From Paramecium tetraurelia (taxonomy: Eukaryota): a DNA stretch of 64,000 bases. This document shows positions 13,137-26,407 of this stretch, one piece after another. The translations under genes and the position numbers were made by a program. Location of the stretch: NCBI GenBank assembly GCA_000165425.1, contig CT868529.1:1-64000 (forward strand), read 5' to 3'. Numbering within the stretch: position 1 is the first letter of the stretch; every line of letters begins with the position of its first letter. The notes below the pieces were generated by a model, which saw nothing but the letters and a program-made list of their open reading frames with translations, did not search any database and was not told the DNA's origin.

Positions 13137-13660
13137 ATGAGCTACTCATAAGAGTTCTCTCCATTATCTATGAAGGAGGAGATTTTTTTTTAGAATGAAA
13201 CTGAATCTACATCTTTAGAATAACAATTGCGCATTGCTAATGAGAAAGTCCTATAATTAATGCAATATCAATAACAATTGAGGTATTATTGTCTCAGTAT
13301 CTGAGTGAAGAACTAGAGCATCTACACTATAAATACAGAGAGACTTAATAGGAAAATGAGATCCTTTCGAATTAATTGCACCAGGGTCCAGATGAAACCA
13401 AATTCCTTAATTGCGTTCTCGATATGGTTCGTGTCTGTCATCCTTAAGAAAAGCCTATCTCCCTGAAATACGCCTGGAAATGGTTGAAATATGTCGTTGA
13501 TGATTACATAGAATTAAGAAAACGAAATAAAAGTGCTAATACTCAAAGTGAAGTCTTCAAGAATCCAAAAAAGAACTCGATTATAGTTGGCGATTTATTG
13601 AGAAAGAATTGCCAGGTCGCAGAAAGTTAATATATTAAAAATTCAAAATGCCATAATTGA
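13137..13660 (+). CDS. Hypothetical coiled-coil protein
   Basis: ATG to TGA frame under code 6 with one ~23-nt intron. No family recognised. Confidence 0.6.
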
Positions 13661-13735
13661 TAGTTATTATATGTATTATTGTTTGCTTATATAAATATAT
13701 AATTATAATAATCTATAAAATAAAGAAATACAGAC

Positions 13736-14520
13736 ATGGGCAGTTTGTTTGGTAAAGAGGAGAAGCAGAAGAAACAACAGAAATAATAGTAGTCTTCCTA
13801 CCCAACGAAATCTTAATTCCCATCACAAAAGAAGGAATTAAGTGAGGGAGAAAAGATGAGAATGAAATTGCAACACAATAGAGATGAATTGAGAAACAAG
13901 AGAAAGTAAATTGACCTATAAATTGAGACCTACGAAAAGGAAATAAGGGTATATTCAATCTGATAATCATAGACATTAATTTAAAGTAACAAAAGAGATT
14001 AGGCTAAGTTTGTGTTATAAAGAAAATTGTTGTATGATAAGTTTCTTGATAATATCATGGAGAAAGAATAGATCATAGAAAAATCTATCATCTCTGTGGA
14101 CTAAATGCAGTCTGTAAAATTGATATCATTATAAAACAATAGGATAAAGAAATGGCAGATATTATCAATCAGACCAACCAAGTTATGAAAGATATCTAAT
14201 CATCCATTGATTAAGACAAGTTAAGAGATGCTTTTGCAGATATGTAGGAATAGAAATAGAAAAATGATGAAATGAACTAAATGTATTAATAATATAAAGT
14301 TGGTGATGAAGATGAGATTAATGAATTATATGGAAAATATGAATAATAAGTATGCAAAACTACTTAACCAAAATAATAATAATTTGTTCCATTACCTTAA
14401 TAATAATAATAATAATAATTTGTGCCATTACCTTAATAATAGGAATAATAATAATAATAATAACATTAATAACAATAAGAATCAAACGAATATACAGATA
14501 AATTAGCTATGTTAGAATGA
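13736..14520 (+). CDS. Snf7/ESCRT-III protein, CHMP6/Vps20-like
   Basis: N-terminal MGSLFG myristoylation-type motif, basic then acidic helical core, IIKQQDKEMADIINQTNQVMKDIQSSI, and Gln-rich tail. Confidence 0.7.
14371..14462 (+). repeat. (TAA)n polyGln tract with duplicated FVPLP unit inside the ESCRT-III gene
   Basis: tttgt(t/g)ccattacct occurs twice, separated by TAA runs. Confidence 0.85.
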
Positions 14521-14626
14521 TAGTATAAACATATAAAAAGAATAATTTAATTATTTTAACTATTATTTATGTTAATTCCTATTAAAAATAATAATATTCT
14601 TTGTAAAAGAAATTATATTTTCTTTT

Positions 14627-15485
14627 ATGAAATTAAAAGTGATATTACTAGATAAGGAGTATAACTTCAAGAGATATTCCAAATATTAAGACTTCCTTGA
14701 TATATTCTGCTCAATTGAACCTCAATTTGAATTAGATAGTTTTACTTATTATGATGAAGAATAAGATCTCATTACAATATCAAAAGAGGAAGATTATAAT
14801 TGCTTTCTCGTTAGTTCCATATCAACCATCTAAGCCAAAGGTAAATATAACTGTTAAGAATTACAGTTACAAGCAGAGAGGAATTTAAGGCTAATTTAAG
14901 ACTTTAAGTAAAAAGCCATAATATTAACAGACAGGTCAAGAAATAATCTAATTGATGTAACTAACTCATATGATTTCATAGTAAAAGATGTTTTATGAAC
15001 ACAATCTGCAAATTACTCGTGCAATTCAAAAAGTTCCAATCGAAGAATAACCATTATAATAAGAGAAGAATATAATTTTAAGAAAGATTGAAGAGCAGAA
15101 AAAAAGAATTGAAAAGAATAAGAAACTAAAATTGAAAACAGATTTGGTTTATCATTTTTTAAGTTCAGATATTTGTTCAATAGTTAATTAAGTTGATCGT
15201 AAACTGAGATATGATCAAACAACGTAGGAAGAATTTGATAAATAGTTAGAATCTACTTAGAAATATTTGGTTGATTAGTTTTTTTAAGTATATTTACAAA
15301 GATTAAATAAAATAATCGAGATAAGGGAAACACAATAGAATGGAAATAGGAAGATGACAGAATTAAAAAATAATTTGAAACAAATTGAATATCAGATAAA
15401 AAGAACTAATAAAGAATTAAAGTTGAGAGAAAACTATTTTTTGTAGGGCATCTATGCAATAAAGTGCTTGGTTAAGAAACTTTGA
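14627..15485 (+). CDS. PB1-domain coiled-coil protein
   Basis: MKLKVIL..FTYYDEEQDLITISKEEDY, an acidic OPCA motif of PB1 domains. Confidence 0.7.
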
Positions 15486-15505
15486 TTAATTAATTTATAT
15501 AAAAT

Positions 15506-15850
15506 ATGAAAATAGAAGTACATATAAAGGATAAATAATTCGCTATTAATTGCGGGGATGGATTGCAAAAAGTGAAATGGTTAGGAGATGTGGCTATATT
15601 TAGACATAGTCATTTCTACTCATAAATAAATTCAACAACGAAAGGGATCAAACTTGAAAATGGAGAAATGGTTGATTTGAATGCAATAATTAGTAGTACT
15701 TTGGCAGAGAATACTCATGTTTGGGTTGTTTTAAAAGGTATGTTTAATTGATGAAATGTTTTAGAGGATCTAGAGGCTGTGGGTATGGATGTGAAATAGT
15801 AATAACAACAACATAAGAGACCAATAACTGCCGTGAGTAGAAGAAAGTGA
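15506..15850 (+). CDS. Small protein with Par3/HAL N-terminal-like (ubiquitin-like) domain
   Basis: MKIEVHIKDKQFAINCGDGLQKVKWLGDVAIFR..DLNAIISSTLAENTHVWVVL, with one 27-nt intron. Confidence 0.6.
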
Positions 15851-15895
15851 ATTATTTAATTATATTTACTAATAAATTTAATTGTAAATATTTAT

Positions 15896-18800
15896 ATGTA
15901 TATTGTCTTGTTCTCTTTTATCTGTGTTGTGTATTCAATAACTTATGTGCTCAACAAAGAAGAGATAAAAGTATATATAGCATATAATTGAATAGATCTT
16001 GGAGAATTACGCAAATGGAATCGAAAAATATGATAAATAGAAAGAAAAGCTGCCTCTATAGAGTGTTCTTAAACTTGACAATAATGAAAGTGTGGTTCAA
16101 GTAACTTCTATGTTTACTCCTTTTGATAATTAATAGAGAGTCGACATCTTAACCAAGAAAGCAGAGAATACTTACTCAGTCTATACTATATATTATGATA
16201 AATAAGTAAAATCCACAATTTATTTTAGTTTAATTCAGAACCTAAGTATGAAAGTGTTGAAATACAATAAACAGGTAGATGCACCTCCTTAACATACTTA
16301 AATAATTAATTTGTTGTTGATTGCTCATTTACTTCAATTTAATTTATATTGTAGAATGGTACTAATGTTACATACAATAACGACCAACACCTTTAATTCA
16401 CTCAAATTTTAGGGTTCTACGGTGGAATCCTAGCATTATCTCCAGGATAATTAACATTCTTTGACGAATAGTTGAAAATGGAAAGATAGACTTTGGCCAA
16501 TTACATTTAAGTGCTTAAGGATGAAAAAAATGTTTATGTATTAAATGAACACTAAGTGATCTAATATACACAAGATGATGGCATACTCGAATATGATCAT
16601 AAATGCTAAGTTACACCAGAATTTATGACCATTTTAGATGATACTTTTTATATTTAATGTGGTACTCTAAGAAAGGTTGATTAAAGTGAGATTGAAGTAT
16701 TTCAGTTAACAGTATCCCAACTCTAATCAACCAATCGATATATCATTTTGAATAATACCAGCATCTTTAATAAAAATTTTGATTCTTGTTTTTTTGTATC
16801 ATATGGCTAATTGTATCCGGTAAATTATGATGACGATGTGATTCAAGTAGTGAATAATCAAATATCAATTGGCTCCATTAAAGGATACTACCTGATTTAA
16901 TCAAATGAAATATCCTAATTCAAGTTATCTTACGATTAATTTTATGTTGTCGATAAGGGATTATAGGTTTTGGCTTCTGGAGAAACTGATTTTTATGGAA
17001 ATGAATATTAAGTAGTCAATTATGTTTCAGGACCTAATGTAGTAATTAGTGATCAGGGATAAATCGATGGCCCAATTTCCTGGAACATTGAAAAATAGAT
17101 ATCAAATAAACAATTGCTGACATTACTGAATTATTTGGATGAATCTATAGTGATTATCTATTAACAAGATAAAAAGTTATACTCGCAAAAATGTGATGTT
17201 GATGATAAACTTAAATTTGAAAAGGAAGCACTCATAACTTAAAATGTTCCATCAGACATTAAAAATGTCCAAGGGTCTGTGGTTGGTAATCAAATTATAG
17301 TTGCTTATATATCCTAAGGAAGTTTGTTTATATATCAAAACAATACACTTTTACAATAAGTGAACAATGTGATTACTTTCCAATTGAAACAAAGCCTTAT
17401 TATTATCCTTAATGACACTCAAGTAACTATAAGCTAAATCGTCAATCAATAATTGTAATACTTAAGCATACTTAATGTTGGTTGTACTATGGTTAGTAAA
17501 TTTTCAAATGAGATTGCATTGGTAGACCAAAAAAATAATCTTTTATTAGTCAGCAATTCTAATAATGGTTGGTATTAATCATTTTCAAAGGCTTTTACAG
17601 ACAAAATTATTAATATTTATTATGTAAATAGTTAATTGATTGTGTTGACTGAGAAATCAGCACAAGTTTATGAGAATAGAATATTGAGAGGCAAGTTAGA
17701 TTTGGATAAATTGGAAAATGGGAAATATTTATAAACTCAAACCCATTTGTATTATTACAATAACTCCTAAATACTTTAATTATAGATCTACTCAGAACTA
17801 TCCTTATCAAGTTGGCCATAATAAGTCATCAATTATAAGATCTAATAAAAATTTTTGGTTCTGACATTTGATATTTTTGAAATATTACTTTTAGATAATA
17901 ATCTATATGCATATAGTTCAATTTTATTATTTACACCCAATACTATTGTGGAGAGAGATGTATATTCCAGATTCACCTATGCCAATGTAATCTTCAATAA
18001 TTACTAAAACCACTCTGTTGATGTTAAGGTTAAGGTTATTGGTGACATTTTGAAATTGCAAACCTTGCCTTACAATGAATCAGACTATCAAATCAATGAT
18101 GGCATGGTATAAATTGATCAAGCTTTGCTTTTTGATGGACCAATCTCGAATATTGGCACCAATGTTAAAGATGAATTTGAGATAATTTAGAGAGTAAGTA
18201 GGAGTAAATAGTAACCAAGTTGGATTAATACAGGATTGGTTGATCTAATCTATATTGGAAACAACCAAAAAGTTGCCTATTTAAACCCTACTTTATTTCT
18301 TTGTTCAGACAGTAATTGTTAAACAATCGCAAATAATACTAAAGATTGTTTCACTTTAGAGTAAGATTAAATATAATTTTATTTGGTATGCAGCAAATCT
18401 ATTTATTATGGTTTAAAATCAAAACCAGAATAAATAAAGAGTATTGATTTTACTGCAACATCAGACTAATTAATTAGTATCAAATTTGATCAAGGTAAGA
18501 AAATAGGAGTAATAAGCTAATCTAAATCAGGTATATAATTCTCAATCTATATCAACTTTAAATTTAATGGAAAAATAGAAATTGATGATTTAAAAGATTT
18601 CTAATTCGGCAATGATCACATAATATTATTAAAATCAAAATAAGTGATGATGGTGGATGATGAATTGAAAGAGTTAAACACATTTGATTTATTAGACAGT
18701 TTGATTTCGACTGAATAGAACTTTGCATTGAAATTTTTAGAATTTTCAAAAATATGTGAATACAAGGAAAGTCAATATATAATATCAAGTGTTGATGGTC

Positions 18801-19408
18801 CAATCTATTTGATATATTTTAATAAAGAATACTCAGAGTTAGTTTTGTAATTCACTAATATTTAAGATTCAACCCCAATTTAAACCTATTTATTTGAAAA
18901 ATAGATATTAATATGTGTTTATGAGGATGATGATGATCATTACGCTGCTTTTTATGATTTTGAAGATAAGTCAAAATCATCTTTAATCATCCCATATTTT
19001 AATGTTATTTAATTGGGATCTTCATTCTCAAAATTACATTATACTCAATAATATAATAATAACTCAATTATTTTGGTTGATAGTTCTAATAACAGATCAA
19101 TCTTTACTATTCATGATTATGTAAAACTATTTAAAATATTCTTAGCTCCAAATTAAAAGTATTTCATCAAATAAACAACTCCAAGATCTGATTGCTTATG
19201 ATTTGCTTTTTCAATAAGCCAAAATTAATCTAAAAATAGATTTGACTGAAACTGATGATGCTAACGATGATTGGATGCTAGCTATATATATTTTATGTGG
19301 TATCTTAGGATTTTTAGTCTTGTTAATTATATTCAGATATGTCAGAAGATACTGCTTAACGAGACATCTTAAATTTGTAGAAGAAAAGCCTTCAGAATTC
19401 AAAAGTGA
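15896..19408 (+). CDS. Large type I membrane protein (signal peptide, long ectodomain, one C-terminal TM helix)
   Basis: MYIVLFSFICVVYS signal-like start. WMLAIYILCGILGFLVLLIIF TM at ~19272-19335, then a short cytosolic tail. Confidence 0.75.
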
Positions 19409-19907
19409 ATATATATGATATATTTATATTATTTAAAGATCTATAATTAGAATTAAGTTTATCTAAAAATGTTTTATTCATTAACATATCAGCAACCTTT
19501 AATTGATTTTATTATATTTACATTTTATAATGATTGCCATCCACATAGAATTTCCTTTCAGATATTAAAATTCTTAATTAATAATTTATTTTTACAATAC
19601 TTTCTTGATTTAATTTAAGGAATAAGGATACAAAATGATTAAATATATTTATAATCATAAATTCCAAATAATTTCAATTTTTTATTTAGAGAAATTAATT
19701 TTTAATCATTTGGATAACAATAAAATAGAAATACCACAACTCTAATAAATTAATAACGAATCTTCATGAAATTTTTGTTTGTTTACTTCTAATACCTAAT
19801 TCACAAGGATATATTTCCTGTGAGTCTTATAAGTTATTCATTTGTTTATTATTATAATTATTTGTTATCAATACAATAATGATAATAAAAAATATGGGCT
19901 TCATGGT

Positions 19908-20384
19908 TCATCTCAATCCTTAAATTCCAAAGTTGATTATCTTTAACAATTATTAATTCTCAATGGCAGCCAAGACTCTTTCTTTGTCTTAGAACAGTTT
20001 ATTTAATTCTACTTCTTTGATATGCATATTCTGCTTTATTTCGACATAAACTTTATAATTTTTAGGCAAACTTCTCATCAATTTAATTTTTAAAGTAAGT
20101 CCAATTGTTTGAGCCATAGAACAATGAGGAATAGTAGGAGTAAAATACACCATTACTCGATTTCCTTTTATTTAAATGTCACTGGGATTGACTATATTCA
20201 ATTATTCTAGAGTGAATGAATGTTCAGGATCCTTAATGGTTTTAATCAAATCAAAAATTTCATATTCATCAATAGGGTCTTCAACATCTAGGTCGTATTC
20301 TTATTGCTTTCGTTTAATATATTATTGAGTGAATTCAAAATTGCCAGTTTGAAAAACTTGTGGTTTAGGATTTTCCAATTACAT
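19908..20384 (-). CDS. CIA2: Cytosolic Fe-S assembly component CIA2/MIP18 (FAM96)
   Basis: EIFDLIKTIKDPEHSFTLEQLNIV..FTPTIPHCSMAQTIGL..DKERVLAAIEN. 477 nt, intronless. Confidence 0.92.
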
Positions 20385-20429
20385 TTAATTAATGAATGCT
20401 CGATTTATAGTATGAAATTTTATTATTTT

Positions 20430-22249
20430 ATGAACATTTCAGAAAATGATTTGTGTTAGTTGATACAATCAGTAAACAAAAGATCAATGTTTAAAACTCA
20501 ATATGACATAGAATTAATTCATTCTAAATTGAGAGATTTCACATTCTTTAGAAATATGAATAAGGAAATTGGAGATTTACAATATTATAAAATTCTAAAA
20601 GAACTACAATATGAATGTCCCATTCCTTATGAACCACTAGTGAATATTGGAGATTAATGTTCTAAGTTTTACTTCATACTCGCTGGAAGATTTCTGATCC
20701 TTACAAACAATTAAATGGCCAATATACATTTACCAACTGAAATGTAAGCAAACTGATTAAATTTAAGATAAAGGACCATAGACAAACTATTTCCAAATTA
20801 GATTCCACAAGGGTACTTATCAATAGGACAATATTTTGGAGAATAAGTTATGATGTTTGATTAATAGCATACTTAAACAATCTTACCCCTTGAGAAGTCT
20901 CACCTTCTGGTCATCAAACGAGAAACATACAGAAGGATTATTGGTAAATAATAATACTTAAAGATTTAGATTAGGAAACCAAGAAGAGGGAATCAGAAAG
21001 GTTTTCTAATCTAAGTACCATTCCACTCTTTTAGAAATGGAGTGCTAAAACTGTTAAGATGCTATCTTCTGAGATCTAAGAATTGAACTTTATACCTAAT
21101 CAAATAATCTATCATCAAGGGGATCCCGTTGACTCAGTCTATATTATTATCGATGGCTAAATCTAATTATTTAGAACTTCAAATAAAAGTTAATTGCCTC
21201 TTTCAATTCTGGGATGTAAGGAGAGCTTTGGGGATGATGAAATACTTACCTAATTTAGAAGTCATTCAGCTAAAAGTCTTACGAGTGTTAAACTCTATAG
21301 GATTTAAAAGAAACAATTTTTGGATCTCATCCCGTTTGATTATTCCAATAAATATTTCAAAAAAGATACGCCTCTCAAACTCAATTTAAATTTAAATGAA
21401 GACTATTCGAGAATTTATAGATCGGAATCTCTGAAAGCTATCAGATCTCCAGCTTAATTGTTGCAAAGAATTATCAGAAAAAGTTAAGATAAGAACAAAA
21501 CTCATTAATCTATTTCATTTTAGCAAATCCATGATTTTACAAGAAAAGACTTGCGCTATTCAAATACTCCTACTGTTCTATAGAAATCTAGCAGTGTACA
21601 TGAATAAATCAGAATTCATGCAAACGGTAAATTCGATAAAACTACTTATTTGTTAAATCAAATTAAACTCAGATCAACTAATGTTTGGAAAAAAACTAAA
21701 TGATTTATTCTCATTTATTATTTTTAATTCCTTTGTGCTTTCGATATTTTAATGAATTCATGTTAATTCAAAAATAGGAGTCTTCACATTAATAAATTCC
21801 ATTCACTAACCCCCTCTCATAGAAATGAATTTTCAAATAGACAAAACGATTAGATTTTTAGTTTCAACAATGTAGATTAAATTACCGAACGTAAATATAT
21901 GCCCTTTATATACACAAAATATAAACCATATTCCCATTAAAGAAGAAACCAATCAAATGTTGCTAAGTCTGGTGATTACTTCAATAGTACAATAGAATAA
22001 TCCTCGTTTAATTAATTGAAACTTAAAAGCCCTGGTTCTATAACTCCATTAAGGAAAAAAACTATAAATTCCTTTTTATTTTCAGACATTTAACAAAAGC
22101 AGCAATCAAGCCCAAGCAACTGCAAATCAGAAGTCAGATAGTTTTCAATAGATTTACCTCAGATGCAACAATTACCCAAAAAAAAAAGAGAATATACAAT
22201 TTTGAAAAAAAAGAAAAAAGTTTATGCTTTAAAAATATAAGTTGATTGA
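20430..22249 (+). CDS. Cyclic-nucleotide-binding domain protein
   Basis: LVNIGDQCSKFYFILAG, GQYFGEQ, and a second CNBD IYHQGDPVDSVYIIIDG. End approximate. Confidence 0.75.
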
Positions 22250-23283
22250 TTTTTCCTTTAATATATTTATATCTATTTTTGAGAAACCCAAATATCATAT
22301 AAATAACTCATATATCCCTTTCATAATAATTGGAGACTCTCCCTTTCACATGGAACTTATAAAATAAGATTGGGTATAAATGAATAAATTCTTGTGTATA
22401 TGGCAAAGAAACAAGTATAAGCATATTAACATTTCTAAATAAAATAAAACCCAATTAAGCATATGTAAAATCAAAAAAACAAAAAAGTGGATTAAATATT
22501 GATTCTATATCAAGTTATTGTTTAACTATGAATTGTGATATATTAAAGTTCTTATCTGGAGAATGCCTTTAAATATTAACCAATAATTTATCTATGAATT
22601 GTTATGAATTAATAAAGATTCTGGAGCTGTGAGTTTATTTGGCATTAAGAAGGCAAGCTATGGATTTAAATTATTCATAAATAATTGATGGTTCTTTTCT
22701 CATTAGTCTTATATAAAGATTTTAGTAAATTAATTTAGAAGTTCAAAATTTAGAAGAATTGCTTTATATCTTTAATTTTATCCTTATAACAATAATTTAT
22801 ATAATAATATTAACTCTAAATTAAATTAATAGAAAAAATCTAGAAGGCTCAATGGGAATTAATCCTATCAAATAAGCTTAAATCTAATACTAGATTTAAA
22901 ATAACTCTATTAGAATTTATGTCCTTTTTTTATTTCAAATAATTAGTTCCAATGTAAATAGAATAAATATTGATTTAGAACAAATAATCCAATTCATAAA
23001 GTTGATCATATAATTATTTCATCAATTTCTCTTCTTGTTTTGGATAAATTACCCTCCATTTTTCAAAAGAATAAAATTGCTTTTTATGTTTTGAATAATC
23101 AAGAAGCAAAAATCTTTCTTTTTTATAGGAAAATCTTTCAATCTTTTTAATATTTAGTTATCTGATAACCTTAAATATCAATTATATTCTTTAATAATAA
23201 TTATTTTCTTGCTACTCCTAAATTCTTTGCAAAGATTGATCTTTTAAAATAAATTCTGTATAATTATAATATGAACCATAAAA

Positions 23284-25058
23284 TCATTCCAATTGCTGCT
23301 CGACTTTTGGAATTCCAATATTGTAATGTCCAGGTTGAAACAATAGATAGATTTTAGTTATTGGGTTAGAAGAAAAATTATATTCTAAAATTTAAAAGGA
23401 TTAGTTTTCAATCTGAAAAACGATCGTATGACTAATATATAATATAATATCTACATGTTTAATTTTTGACTCAATATCGTTATAACATTTTCATTACTTT
23501 AGCAATCGAATTCCCATTCTAATAATTATTCCTTTAAATTCAAACCTAACGCTTAAAAATTTACACTAATTTCTGAATCCTCCGAACAAAATTTGAAAGC
23601 CAAATTTCTTAAGAATACAATTGATAAACCATAAAATTCATTTTCTTCATCTTTGAAATATTAAAAAAATTAATTTTATCTCTCTTCTTCAATTTATGAT
23701 CTTAGATGTTAACATACTCCAATAAATTTGTATTTCATATTATCAAAATCATTTTAATTATACATTTCATTTCCATAATAAATTTCAAATGGTAGCATTG
23801 ATATCTACTAAATTAATTATTCATATTAAGCATTTTTTGAATTATTGATCATAAAATCTAAATACTAAAACACAAACGATGTATAAAAGCAGTTACCATC
23901 TCCCCTCGCTCTCCTCATTCCATTTAGTTATTACTTTAATTTATTTTTAAATTCCATTTTAAAACTATACTCTTATATCAAACAAGATTAGTTTTAAAAG
24001 TCGCTAACAAAATTTCTATACTAAGGCTACACAGATCTAGCTCTGCAAGTTAAATTATATAGTTTAGATATTATGGTATCATCTTATGGAAGTGGAGGAG
24101 GAGAAGGGGGAAGAGGAGGAGAAGGAGATGGAGGAATTAATTTCTTCAAATCCTCCTTCATTTTTTAAATTTCATTAGTTAATTGTTCTATTTTTTCTTA
24201 TGGATTTCCTATTTTTTATATTTGATTTTTTTGGTCTAAAATTTATTCTTCAACTCTCTCTAGTCTTTTATTTAGAATTTCAAGATTCTAATTAACTTTA
24301 GTAATATCGTGTCTTACTTCCTAGGATTAATCATTTATTATTGCTTATTGATTTTAGACTTAATCAATTAATTATTTTATTTCTCCTTACAGTTATCTTA
24401 TTTCTCCTTACAATTAATTTTTTAGTTATTTCATTTCCTCTTAGAAATTATCATTTTTTTTATTTGTTTCTTTTTCGAATAACAATGGCATTTCATTCAA
24501 TTTTTTTTTTTATTCTTTCATTTCAGATTAAATTTAATTTTATAATTATTCAAGTTTTTATATAGCTTCTTTCATTGTTATATTCTCTTCTTTTATTCCT
24601 TTATTCTCTTCTTAGATTCTTTCATTCTCTTTTTTGATACTTTGATACTCTATTTTTAAATTATTAATTTCATAAGACTATTATTCTATTAGGCTCTCTT
24701 TTTATTTTAAACTCTCAATTTACTTCTATTTTTTTGAATTTTCAACTTAATCTTTTTCTATTGATTCTTATGAATCTTGTTTATCCTAATTTTCATGATT
24801 TAAGTTGCTTTATGGATTCTATGGGGTTTTGTGATCATTTTTTTTTTTTTGGTTTTTACGATTATTATTCTTCTCTGAAGAATTGTGATTTGTAAGTTTT
24901 CCATTTTGAAGGAGACTTTCATTTTTAAGTTTTTCAATCCTCTTAATTGAATCGTTTAATTATGTGCACCATACCCAAATCCACACCACAATACACATCA
25001 TCAAGAAGAGTAAAACTGGTTAAACTTGATCAAATAATCTCCAAATTTCACTACTCAT
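23284..25058 (-). CDS. Otubain-like deubiquitinase (peptidase C65) with N-terminal TM segment, coiled coil and Pro-rich linker
   Basis: MRRARGDGNCFYTSFVFQYLD (Cys motif ~23880-23920), LLFQPGHYNIG (His motif ~23310-23345), hydrophobic LLFLMMCIVVWIWVW near the N-terminus, and a 23-nt intron at 23432-23454. Confidence 0.85.
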
Positions 25059-25259
25059 TGTTTAAAAAATTTAAATTATTTAATTTCTATTAAAATGTGC
25101 TTATATAAATTAGCAAATTTTTTGAGTTCATATTTTAAATTTCAATTTGAATACTATTTATGAGTTAATCATTGTCACTTTTAAAGTTATTAATAATAGT
25201 ATATTGTATATATGATAATCTCAATTATATGACATTAATAAAATTTGTAATTTATTAAA

Positions 25260-26300
25260 ATGGAAGACCAAGAAGTAAACGAGATAGCTAAATCTTAAGT
25301 TATTAATATGCTCAATAGTTAAACAAAATCCCAAATCTTCAAATCTTAAGATAGAGATGACTCTGCAATCGATAATGCTGAATTCGATATAGTGGAAGTT
25401 AATGAAAACTAATGCTATGATGCTAATATTATAAATCCTGAATCTAAAATTGACCTCTAAAAAAATAAAATTTAAGACCTTTAGTCTAAGAAGGAATAAC
25501 TTGAATAGGAGCTACGATAATAGCAGTAAGAAGTCAATTAGCTTGAAGAATAATTAAAAAAAAAACAGGAAATTTAAAATGTGTTTGCTATGAAACCTTA
25601 ACCTGATTAAGAGAACTTATAAAAATAGGAATGGGCTTAAAAATAGTTAGAATATCAAGAAATTTTAAGCTAATATGAGGAAGTCGTAACTTAAGAAAAT
25701 GATAAGGAGCTTAAAGATATTTACTAAGAGTATTATAATCAGTCCACCAAGGCAAGAAATGACTAGTAAAGACTATAGAATAGCATAGAGTTGGAAAAAT
25801 AATTAAATTTAGAATTTGATTAGGTCAATTAGGAGATCGATTAAATTAAGAATATATTGGATAACGAAATCAATCAAGATAACATCAATGAATTATAATA
25901 ATTATTGATATCTGACGATGAGTCGATGATTAAAAACATGGATCAATAATTAAGAAATAAAAAATAGTTAATCGAGGTAATTTAAGAAGACATAGTAAAT
26001 CTGTAAAATTAATTGAATGAAGCAGAGAATAAATTCTAAAACATCTTTATGATCTATAATGAATAAAGAAAATAAATAAAGTTGTTGATGGAGAACATTA
26101 ATTAAATTGAGAAACCCAATGAAATTGGTATATAAAAAGTGGATTCTAGAAGATCATAAACAACAGGAAGGAGCAGTAAGATTTCTAACTGCATAGAATA
26201 CTTCTTTTCAGGATTGATAGCCTTATTTGGAGGTTTTCTGATGTTCTTATTTTTACAAGATATTTATGTATCTAGTCAGCAACAATAATATTTTAATTGA
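25260..26300 (+). CDS. Long coiled-coil protein with C-terminal TM helix (tail-anchored-like)
   Basis: Q/E/K-rich open frame, then ILLFRIDSLIWRFSDVL-region read in frame as YFFSGLIALFGGFLMFLFL near the C-terminus. Confidence 0.65.
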
Positions 26301-26407
26301 TTATTTGATGTTATAATGTCATATTTCATGCATATATATTAAGCAACACACAGATATTAACATATTAATTTATTTCAAATTAAAATTAATAATTCATTAA
26401 TTCATAC

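Noticed and set aside
14300..14506. Asn-rich ORF / possible microsatellite or CRISPR-like repeat
   Set aside because: It is the wrong frame of the polyGln (TAA)n tail of the ESCRT-III gene, and there is no repeat-spacer array.
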